Below are positions 11,850 to 22,397 of a stretch of DNA of 64,000 bases, in pieces (the stretch's first letter is position 1; each line of letters starts with the position of its first letter). Under the pieces are notes generated by a model. It made no database searches. It was not told the DNA's origin and was given only the letters and a program-made list of their open reading frames with translations. The stretch comes from Blastocladiella emersonii ATCC 22665. Lineage: Eukaryota; Fungi; Blastocladiomycota. The position numbers and the translations under genes were made by a program. Where the stretch lies: contig JANHCV010000007.1 in assembly GCA_025594325.1 (NCBI GenBank), positions 1,178,001 to 1,242,000 of the forward strand. The letters are read 5' to 3'.

Positions 11850-14800
11850 GCGATACGCGTTGCTCATCTGCACGTTATACTCGCTTCATTCATTCGCAGG
11901 TTCCATGCGGGCCGTATCATTTGCGCGATGTGATGATATATTCCGAGGCAACCCTAACCAGTGAGGCCTTGACACCGACACAACTCAACCGAGAACGGAT
12001 CAATTTACTGCGTTATAGCCCGCCGCGCTGGTGTTGGAACCACTAAGAGGATCCGCGACCCAGCACCCGCACCCAGTTGCCCAAAATCACCGCCGACACA
12101 CTTATAGCTGCACTATAACAGGTGCCGGTCCGTTAATCACTGGGCGCGCAGCAATGGAGGAGCGCGATCCCCCAAACTCGCTGTGAGCGAGCACTGAACG
12201 CGATCTGTGGCCCGATGCGCGCCTGGATTAACGAGGCAGGTGGCTGCAGAGCTGTACACAGACCCTTGACGGGATACACAGGCTGAGAGTCGTGCAGAAT
12301 AGAGACAAAAGCGGATGTGGATGCAGGGTCGCGAATCGGTCTTCATTGGTGCCAATGATCGATGGCGGGAGATGTAGCGACAATGACGTTGATCGGAATG
12401 AAAGCAATCGGCAGTGTAAGAAGCGCAGAAACAGAGATGTCAATGTGTTCGAGCCACGAGGCAGAGGTCAATGCACACACGGTCGTCAGCCGTCCTGCAA
12501 ACTAGTGAGACGAACGGCAACGGATAGTTTCTGGGCTACTCGCGGCAGATGCTGGCTGACGAAGGCGGCGTTCGAAGGATTTGCCAGGCCGCACGGGGCT
12601 AGAGAACCGCGGTGAATATGGAGGACATCTACTCGTCGCAACAACCAGTTACTGGTTGGCCGGTCGCGCACGATTTGTCCAACTGCAGCGTCTCGAAAGC
12701 GAGGTCGACAACACTTTTCCAAGTTACTGTACGCAGCGTCAGCAAAATGAAGAGCCACAGTCGTCTTCGATTCACTTGCAGTTGAGGCTTCTGGAGAGCA
12801 TAAAGTTCGAGCAAAGAAAACGAGCAGAGGAGGACGGAACGCTGACCGTGCATGGTTCCTGAGGGCGTTGCATGAAGTGGGATGTCTCGCTGGTGTTACA
12901 TGGCAGTCTAGTTGGGGAAGGCGCGGGAGGGAGAGATCAGCGCAGGGTTTCGGCGGCAGGCGCTCGAGCGCCGAACCGCGTTGCGCCACTTTCCGCGTGA
13001 GGTGTGTGAGGTGACGCTCGCTCGCTCGCTCTCCTTGCCCTGCCCACGAAGCACCCCCACGCCGATCGATTGAGATCGATTGAGACCATGAAACCTAATG
13101 CAAAGAAGCCGCCGGTCCGACGCAGCTTGCGCCTCCGAGCGCGCGGGGCGGCCTCCGCTGAGCCGCCCGCGCCCGCTCGCGCTCCCTCGCCACTTTCACG
13201 CCTGCGCCCGCGGGTGGGCCGACTGGCCCCCAAACCAGCTCGCTCCAGACCGAGCAAACCGATAGTAGATGAATCGAGCAGAGATGATGGATCCAGCGAG
13301 GCTAGCAGCGATGAAGATGACTCGGATGATTCGGAACCAGGTGGCGATGATGGCGGTGACAAAGTCAATCGCAGGCATGTCAGGGCCGTCGCTAACTGAC
13401 CATGTCGTACATCTAACGCCGTGACCGTGGGATAGAACCGGGCGGAAGCGCCAGCGCACTCTTGATTTTCGCGAACTTCCAGCACGGTTGAAGGTGCAGG
13501 TTCGCGTGAGTGTGCTCGTGTACGGACCGTTCGCGAGTCTCGATGTCATACGCGAGCACTGCTTTGCCGACTACCTCGATCTATTTGATGCAAGCGAATC
13601 GCGCCTGTCGTTTGACGAGGTCCGTGCGTATTCGTCGCGATCACTGACCAGGAGAAACTGATGGACAACTCTCGAATCCAGTACCGTGAGCTCTTTGCTC
13701 AGACTGTGCGGAAGCTTCGCGGATCGCTACATACGATTACAGCCAAATGGGTTCTGCAGAACAGAAGCCTCACGTCGATCCACCCAACGTTGCCGGCTCT
13801 TGGTTCCACCACCGAGATCCGCAGTCTCGAGTACAACCGGCATTGGATGCTGCAGGCGTCGGCAGACGGCGGCAACTCACTCGGAATGCATCCGTTCCTC
13901 GCTGAGATCGTTCGACGGGCGCTGGCGTGGCGCGATGGTACCACTACATGCATCGCGAGGCTCGCGAAGCTCGCGAAGCCAGTCCCAGGAATCGTGCGCT
14001 AACTTGAACCTGTTTTGCGACTCCGCCAGTAAATACCGTTGCCGAGGTCGAAGCGTACCTCCTGCGCGTCAACAACCGTACGGCTCGCGCTGCGGCCGCG
14101 CAGGGCGTCGAGGCCAAGGTCGTCACCCTCCACCAGCTCGCGCCGGTGCTCGTGGCCACCATCGCAACTCTGGTACGGTTTTGCTCACTTCTGACGCTTG
14201 CCTTTGACCGCTAACTTTTTCGCCGTCCTCTAGGCTAACGTTGGCATCGCATCGCACCTCGGCCTCGACCGGTACTCGCTCCCGCCGCTCCAGCAGCTCT
14301 ACAACGAGTCCGTCGCGGCGCTCAACAGCCCGAACAGCATCCTCGGCAAGCAGTTTGTCGAGGACTCGTGTGCTCTCTTGGACACGCTGCTCGGCGAGCG
14401 GCTTCCTGTGGCCAAGCTGCTCGATTGTGCCAACGACGTGTCCCGCGACGCGCTGTCAGGGCTTCCTGCCGCTGTGTTTGCCAAACGCGAGGTGTAGCAG
14501 AAACCGACAAACGAAACGAGTTCAAAGTTTTTGTTTATTATGAAGGACATGTGAACTAGATCGCGACAACAACCTTGTCGCGTCACGAGAGGGATGGAGA
14601 TATGAATCAGCTATTGCCAGTACTTTGCCCAAGTCGCCAGCCCCGTAGTTTAAGGACCGCGAGTCGGGTGAAGAAATGTGCACCAAAGCTCGCGCGGCGC
14701 GAAGCGCGAAGTTCATCTGCACGTTATGGATGTCTCATTCAATCTCTGCTTTCCCTCGTTTGAACGTTTGCGCAGGGTAGTAGTAGATTATTAAGCCACA

Positions 14801-15990
14801 ACAAATCATCGATTTCTGCACGCTGGCGTTGGCGCTGTTCAATCGAGCTCTGCACTCATTGCTGCGTTGCAACGCGTCGCATCAGCTCTGGAATCATCGA
14901 AAGGATTCGCAATCCAGCACCCGCATCTCTTCGCCCATCACACCGTTAACACGAACCCGGGGACGTGAGAACCATTTCGTCAAGTCCAAAAGCACTGCCG
15001 CAGCGACTTGGAGGAGCGCGATCCCCCAATCCTTGACGGAATCACGGAACGCGATCCGTGACCCGCTGCGCAGCGGGATTGACACGACGGACGGTCAACG
15101 GACGGTACGCGAGCCGTTGGCCGAATGCACAAGCTCGGTGTCGCGCGAGGACGGCGGAAGGGGCAGGTGTGGATGCTGGACCTCGAACCGGCCTCATTGA
15201 TGCCAAAGATGGATTGCGAGATTTGTAGTGGCGATGGTATTGATCAAGATGAAAGCAAGCGACAGTCTGAAAAGATCGACTCCGGCCGTGCATCGATCTG
15301 CGACACGCGTGCAAGGTTGATGAACGTTTCTCGGGCTACAGCAAAGTAGCTCAGCAGGCAGGAAAAGGTTGCCGTCCGTCATCTGAGCTCATGAGGGAGT
15401 GTTAGCGAGAGTTATTGGTCAGGATCATCGATGTATCGCACCGATATACTTTTGAGCACCAGTGGATTGAGATGATTAGTTGGACCACAGCCCGGTGCAA
15501 GATGATCAGGGGAACCGCGGCCCGGTGCAAGATGGCGTAAACTTTGGATCACCTTGTTGGTTCCATCCGCCAAGGTGGGCTCAGGCGCTCAGCGTCGTAA
15601 CCGCACGTTTGGTGCGTGAACTCACTAAAACCCACGTCAAAGGCCTCGGAGACGGCGTGCACGGCTTGAAGAGCCATGGCGTGGAGCGCTTACGCGCAGT
15701 CAAGACCGATGTAACACCCGAGCATTGAACAAGCCAGGCGAGCACACGACGCCGGACTGTAGGCCGCGCACGAGTCCCGAGGGCGTTGCATAAAGTGCGG
15801 CGTCTCGTTGATGATACATGGCAGTCTATCAGGGATGGCGCGGGAGAAGGAGCGATCCATGCCCGGGCAGCGCGTTCTCATCCATCGTGGAGCGCGCGTT
15901 GCGCCACCCACCCGTGCAGGTGAAACCGATGCCGCGTTGATCGCTGTGACTCTCCTCGTACCTCCCATGAAGCAGCTCCATACGGATTCA
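11850..15990. repeat. Diverged direct duplication of intergenic DNA (~11850-13080 vs ~14700-15990) upstream of copies B1 and B2
   Basis: Collinear shared blocks: TCATCTGCACGTTAT, GGAGGAGCGCGATCCCCCAA, TGTGGATGC..TCATTG.TGCCAA, GAGGGCGTTGCAT.AAGTG, TACATGGCAGTCTA. B1-B2 ATG spacing is 2907 bp. Confidence 0.8.
13088..14497 (+). CDS. Orphan tandem-family gene, copy B1 (5 exons, 377 aa; first intron GC-AG)
   Basis: join(13088..13374,13436..13619,13682..13937,14030..14172,14234..14497); intron phases 2,0,1,0 as in the other copies. Confidence 0.8.
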
Positions 15991-15994
15991 GACC

Positions 15995-17428
15995 ATGGGA
16001 CCTAATGCAAAGAAACCGCCGGTCCGATGCAGTTCGCGCGTCCGTGAGCGCGGGGCGGCCGCCGCTGAGTCGTCTACGCCCGCTCGTGCTGCCTCGCCAC
16101 GTCCGCGTCTGCGCCCGCGAGCGGGCCGGCTGGGACCCGCGCCCGCTTCCACTGGACCGACGGGTGATCATTCTGATGAATCTGAGCTCAGTGATGTCGA
16201 TGAGCTCAGCGGGTCCGTCAGTGGTGGTCGCGGCACTGAAGCAGCGAGCGACGGCGACGATCCGAGTGAGAGCGACACTGGAGATTACGGCGATGGCGAT
16301 CCCAAACGAGCCGGTGACCATCACGGGTATGCAGTCTACTACCTTCTGAGCGCGGCGTGAAGCTCACGTCGTTGCTGGCTGGGCGTTAGACCCAAACGGA
16401 AGTGCCTGCGACCTATAGTGCTCGGCAATCTGCCAACGGAGATGAAAATGCAGGCCCGCGTGAGTGTGCTGGTGTATGGGCCATTTGCAAGCCCGGACAT
16501 CATCCGCGACCATTGCTTTGCGGACTACCTCGACGCGTTTGGCGCAAGCGAATCGCCTTTGTCGCTTGACTTGGTGCGTGCATGCCAATCCTACAACTCT
16601 AGCAGAAACTGACTCACGGCTCGTTCCTGCAATCTAGTACCGGGCACTGTTCGATGAGACCGTCAAGCAGCTCCGTACCTCGATGCATACATTGACGACC
16701 AAGAAGATCCTCAAAAACGCGTCTCTGGCCTCAATTTATCCATCCTTGCCGACGCCCAGCTCGCCTTCCGTGCTTCGAACGCTCGACTACAACCGCCACT
16801 GGATGCTGAAGGCCTCAGCCGACGGCAGCGAGTCGCTCGGAATGCACCCGTTCCTCGGCGAGGTCGTCCGCCGAGCGCTGGCGTGGCGTGACGGTACGCT
16901 CGTTCGCGCGCTGGGATTGCTGGGACGACGATGCAGCTTACTCACACTGCTTGATCAGTGAACGCCGTGACCGAGGTCGAAGCGTACCTCAAGCGCCTCA
17001 ACGTCCACATGGCTCGGACCGCGGCCGCGCAGGGCGTCGAGGCCAAGGTTGTCACACTGCACCAGCTCGCGCCGGTGCTCGTGGGCACCATCGCGACCCT
17101 GGTACTGTTTCGCCCACTCCCGCGCCCGCGATTAAGCACTAATCTTCACGCTATTATCCAGGCCAACATCGGCATCGCATCGCACCTCGGCCTCGACCGG
17201 TACTCGCTCCCGCCGCTCCAGCAGCTGTACAACGAGGTTGTCGCGGCGCTCAACAGCCCGAACAGCATCCTCGGCAAGCAGTTTGTCGAGGACTCGTGTG
17301 CGCTCGTGGACACGCTGCTGGCCGGGAAGCGGCTTCCGGTGACGAAGCTGCTTGAGACTGCCCACGATGTGACCCGCGACGCGCTGTCAGGGCTCCCTGC
17401 CGCCGTGTTTGTTAAGCGCGAGGTGTAG
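15995..17428 (+). CDS. Orphan tandem-family gene, copy B2 (5 exons, 393 aa)
   Basis: join(15995..16326,16390..16573,16638..16893,16959..17101,17162..17428); exons 2-4 have the same lengths as B1 (184/256/143 nt). Confidence 0.85.
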
Positions 17429-17665
17429 TCGTGCCGGATGAATGAGAATTGGGTTTTGACGTACACGGTAGCTGCGTAACCTGTTTGGATTTGGACTTGA
17501 GGTACACCCGATCGCGTTTTGGCTGCAACGGACTCGCGAATGATGGACGCGTCGATCATCCGCACGTGACGCTGATCCTCACCCAGCTTTTGAACGAGCA
17601 GGCTTCACCCTTGCACCAAGCGAGGCTTTTCCCCTCCACCAAGCGGTTAAGGTTTCAACGCGAAT

Positions 17666-19053
17666 CTACTCCAAAATCGCCTCGTAGTCATCCAGAATCA
17701 CCGCGATCGCGGAATTCCCGTCCGCGACAGCTCTCCACTCGTGCAACTTCCCGCGGATCGCCGCCGCAGCCTTATCGATCCACTTGGCGACCCACTGTCC
17801 CTCGTCAGCGACATCCGCCTCGCTGCCCGAGTAGTAGAGCCCCTGCCACCGCTGAAACTCCTTGCTCGCGCGCCCACGCCCGAGGACAGCGAGCGGCTGG
17901 AGGAGCAGCTTGAGCATCGCACGCAACCCGAAATCCGCGGGCAGGGACATGACGGCGGGCGACGCGAGGCCGAGCTCGTAGAAGGCGTCCCAGCACCACG
18001 CGTACGTCTCGTTGTCGGGCGAGAAGGCGCGTTCGAGGAGCGGCTGCACCGAGACCGTGTGGGTGTTGCGCGGGATCGCGAACCCGTACTCGGCGAGTAG
18101 CTTCCAGTTGTCGTGGTCGCCGTAGTGGATGAACACCTGCTCGCCGCGGCGCCACGCGCGCGTCGTGACGAGCGAGTAGTGCGGGCCGGACCCGTCGGCG
18201 AGCGTCACGTTCTCACGAACGGTCACGGACACGTCGGGCGCGTGGTTCAGCATGTCGAGGAGCGGCGCGAGCGCCTGCGTGTCGAGGTGCGCCGACGACG
18301 CGGATTTGGCCATGGCGGTCGGGAACGAGACGCAGCGCGTGTTCACGACGAACCACGCCCACTCGAACCGCGCGCGGTCGACGGGCGCGGAGCCGGCGAG
18401 GACGGATTCGAGGAGCAAAGTGTGCTGTGCGATGAGCTCCTTTTGATGCGCGACGAGCGCTACACGGGAATCTCGAATCAGTCCGCTGTCGTTCGCTCAG
18501 CCCACACGCGTGACCGTACCCTGCGTCTCCTGCGGAACCATGGGATGCTCATGCATCACCGGCGAAAAGTAGAGCGCGTCAAACGACTCGGGCAGCGATC
18601 TGACGTACGGCCGCCAGTGCTCGTGAATCGCGGCCGGGAACAGCGGGCTGTTGCTCGCGAGGAGGTAGACGAAGATGACGAGGACCGCGTGCTCAGACTG
18701 GCCCGCGAGTTGCGGCCGCAGTGCTGGCGGGACCATTTCGAGAACCAGCGACCGAGTGATCATGAGCTTGCGCGGAATGGTCATGATCGCCTCGCCCGCC
18801 TACGCTGATGTTGCTGGTCAACTCACTGCCGGCCGAGCGCAGAACCGATAAGGGGTACCTCAATGTCGCGCAGCGCCGCCATGCCGCGTCCGGTATCTAC
18901 TCAGCCGCTCGCGCGTGAGTTCGCCGCCCTCGCTTCAACGATCCGCCGTGGCGCGTTACCGTCAAACTCGGCGATGGCGAGGATCGGCTCCGGCGCGCCA
19001 TTGGCCGCAAGCCAGGCCTGCAGTGCGTGTTGCATCGAGTCGCGTCTATCCAT
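17666..19053 (-). CDS. SET-domain protein-lysine methyltransferase (Rkm2/SETD4-like)
   Basis: complement(join(17666..18459,18520..18799,18859..18896,18960..19053)); motifs FDDTGRGMAALRDIEAGE, WAWFVVNTRCV, LAPLLDMLNH, QVFIHYGDHDNWKLLAEYGF. Confidence 0.9.
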
Positions 19054-19298
19054 TCGTTTTCGTGTGCTCACTGTCGGGCGGGCGAGTCTCAAGGGCGGTC
19101 CTCAACGACGACGACGCGTCTCAGATCGCTCGGCGCGCCGCTCACCTTCCCGCGCGTGACCCGTCGCGAGGGCGGCGACGATGGAGAAGCAAACGCAGCA
19201 AGAAAACGAGAACGAGAGCAAGTGATGACGATGAAGATAAGCGTGATATTCCGTCCATAAGGGCGATAAACTGGTCGGGTGGTCGGTTGGTGGGTCGG

Positions 19299-22004
19299 CT
19301 ACGCGTCGTCGTCCATGGGGTCGTCGACCTCGTCGTGTGCTGGCGCCTCAGACTCGCTGCTGCACTCGCCAGCCGTCGTCGACGACGACTCAAAGCCGTC
19401 CGCGTCGTCGTGCACAGCCACGGCGGCTGCTGGTGGCGCCGCGGGGGCGTCCACGGCCATGGGCTCGTCGTGGTGCTGCTGCTCACTCTCAGCAGCAGTG
19501 GGTTCGGCACCGTCGCCGACCGCTGGGTCGGGCCCGCTCGCTACACCACCGCTCGCAGAGACCGACGCATCGAGCGACGCCGCGGGCGCGACGGCAGCGG
19601 TGCCCGCTTCGCCGTCCTCCGCCGCGGACTCGGCCTCGCCGTCGCCGTCGCAGATCTCGCCGTCCTCCTCGTCGTCATCGTCGCCACCGCTGCGCGCCGC
19701 AGCCATCTGGGCGAGGAGCTCGAGCCCACCGGCCGACGACGACGCCGACGAGTTGCCGGTCGCGGCGGACGCGGTCACGGGCGACTTCTTGGCCGCAGCG
19801 ATACTGCCCGCGGCGGGCATAGCGGTCGCGACGTGCAGCGGACCCGCACCCGCCGATGATGAACTCGACGCGGCCGCGGCCTTCTCGGCACCCGCCGCTG
19901 GCGCCGGCGTGGGCTTGTCCTTGTGGAACGCGGACGTCGCGGTCCACCCGACACTCGGCGCGCCGGGCTTGAGGTACGAGTCGAAGAGGTTATCGATGCG
20001 CGCGTTCGACGGCGACGTGGGCGGGTCGTCGTCGAGGATGACGTTGGGGACGCTGGACGCGGCCATATTCTTAGTGGCGTTCCGCTGCGCGCGGTTCGCG
20101 CGCTTGGCCTGCTGCTTGGCCTGCTTGGCCGTGAGCTTCGGCCCGCCGCCCGCGGCGTCCTTGCCGCCGCCGCCCTTGTCCTTACCCGGCGGCGACGTGC
20201 AGAACTGGACAATATGGCCGTGCCCGCCGCACCGGTGGCACACGCGCGCGTCGCGCGGGCACCCCGACGACAGGTGGCCCTCAGCGCCGCAGTTGACGCA
20301 CAGGGCGGGCGGCGCGGCGGAGGAGGAGGAGGCAGACGCGGACGAGGGGTCGTGCGGTGCGCCAGAGCCGGGGGGACCGGCGGCGTTGGGCGCGTCCTCC
20401 TTGCGCCGCTTCGCGGCAGGGCCCGCGGCGCCGGCGGCAGCCGGGTCGCCGTCGGCGTTCGGCCGCTTGGTCCCGGCGACGGCGCCCGCGGGCCCAGGGG
20501 GTGCGGCAGCGTTGGCGTTGGCGGGCCCAGCACCGCGGCGCTCGATGCGCATGAGGGCGGACTCGAGGACGCCGAGGCGCGAGCGGACCTCGTACATGTC
20601 CTTGCCGATGGAGGCCAGGGCGGGGTGCGGCTTGCCGACGTACGTGTCGACGGACCGGGCGATGGCGTCGACGGCGGTCGCGAGGGCCGTCACCTGGTTC
20701 TGCGTCGCGTTGACCGTCTGGACAATGTGCAGGAGCGCGGCGCCGAGGGCCTCGTTCGCGAGCGAGCCGGCGGACGCGGCGTCGGCGGCCGCAGGGGCAG
20801 CGGCGATCGGTTCGGGTGCGGGCGGCGGCGGCGGCGGGGGAGGCGGAGGCGGGGGAGGCGGCGGGGCGACAGCGGGAGGGGCAAAGCCCGGGATCGGGAA
20901 GGGGAGGGCGCCGCCGGACGCGGCGAGGGCCGTCATCATGGCGTGCATCTGCTCGAGGCCCGGCGGTGGCGGCGGCATGGCGTGCTGCTGCGGCTGCGGC
21001 TGTTGGAACAGCTGGAACATGGCGGTCAGCAGCTCGGGCGGGAACTGGTCGAGCTGCGGCTGCACCGCCTGCACCGCCTGCGGCTGCGGCTGAGGCGGCG
21101 GCGGTGGCGGTTGCTGCTGTTGCTGCTGCGGCTGCGGGTAGTGGTTGTGCTGCTGCTGCTGCTGCTGCGCGGGCGGCGCGTGCTAATCGAAGCGAAGCTT
21201 GCGGTGAGATCTCGGCCGGCCAAGTCCAGCAAAAGTTCGGCGTACCTGATGTCCGCGGTAATCGCTGGACCCACGACGGCCGTGATCACCGCCATGGTGG
21301 TGCTGGTGCTGGTGTGACGAAGGGCTCATGGACGGCCGCGGCGGCTCCTGCCACGCGTTCTGTTGCTGCGGCGGGGGCGCGGCGCCGTTGGACGCGGCAG
21401 ACAGGCGCGAGGCGGCCTGCTGCAGGAAGGCGAGCTGCTGGTCAGGCGGCAGGTGGGCAATGTCCATGAGCATGTCGGTGGCAGAGGTCTCAGCGGGCGC
21501 GGGCGCCGGCGCGGCGGCGGCGGGCGGCGCGTGGTCGACCGGCTGCTCCGAGCCGCGGTTCCAGTGACCGCCGCTGCCGCTGCCGCTGCCGCTGCCGCTG
21601 CCGCTGCCGCTGCCGCGGTGCGGCGGCTGGTGCTGCTGCTGATGGTGCTGCTGCTGGCCGTGGTGATGCTGACCATGGTGCTGGCCGTGCTGCTGCGGGT
21701 GGAAGTGACCCGAAGAAGCCGACGGCGGCGGCGGCGGGCCGTATCGGCCGTGGTCTCTCTCCGAAGCATGAGGATGATGCTGCGGCGGACCACGTTGGTG
21801 ATGCTGGTGATGCTGCTGCTGCTGCTGGTGCGCGGGCGGCGGCGCAGGCGATCCGCTAGCGGCCCCGCCATGCGCGGGCGCCGGCGGGGCCGGGTTCAGG
21901 TACTGCGCGTACAGCGACGCCATGGGCGCGGCCGGTGCCGCGGACGCCGGAGCGGGCGCGGGCGCGGGCGGCGGCGCGCTCTTGCGGAGGCGCGGGTCGG
22001 TCAT
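19299..22004 (-). CDS. Low-complexity (Q/H/P/A-rich) protein with a coiled coil and two CCHC zinc knuckles
   Basis: complement(join(19299..21182,21246..22004)); 63-nt GTACGC..TTAG intron; knuckles CVNCGAEGHLSSGC and CHRCGGHGHIVQFC. Confidence 0.8.
21571..21616. repeat. (CCGCTG)7 hexamer tandem repeat encoding a Gly-Ser tract
   Basis: Read directly; translates as GSGSGS... in the zinc-knuckle gene. Confidence 0.9.
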
Positions 22005-22397
22005 GGCGAAGCGCGGCGGCACGGCGCGGCACGATTCGCAAGGAGATCGATCAAGGCAAGACACGCAAGAGGGGGGCGGATGCTTCTTCTTCGTCCGACG
22101 TGGGATCCGCCGGTGACTGCTCGCACTGATCGAGGCGAGAGCGCTGCAGGGAGCGCCGTATTGCGGGCGGGCGCGAGGAGAGAGGGAGGGGGGGCGGGCG
22201 AGGGCGGCGAGGGAACCGCGGAGGCGTTGCCCCGGCATCACGTTCGCCCAGCTGACCTCCCGAAACGCGTCTCGCGGCTGTCTCGCGCCCCCGACGCGTC
22301 CCCGACGCGTCGCCGATCGCGAAACTCGTTGCAGTGAGAGTGGAACCAAAAATGTATTCAGATACTGTACAGGTGAGGAGGATGATTGCTCGAGGCG

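Larger units (their letters stand above)
10265..15907 (+). promoter_or_regulatory. Perfectly conserved 13-bp upstream element CGCGTTGCGCCAC (10265, 12977, 15895) in tandem-family promoters
   Basis: Found 95-111 nt before the ATG of A2, B1 and B2; partial CGCGTTGCG at 8208 before A1. Confidence 0.55.

Noticed and set aside
12340-15270. Small minus-strand ORF apparently conserved in both duplicated spacers (LTLPIAFIPINVIVATSPAIDHWHQ* vs FRLSLAFILINTIATTNLAIHLWHQ*)
   Set aside because: Over 26 codons the differences fall 8/7/6 at codon positions 1/2/3, i.e. neutral, with no coding constraint.
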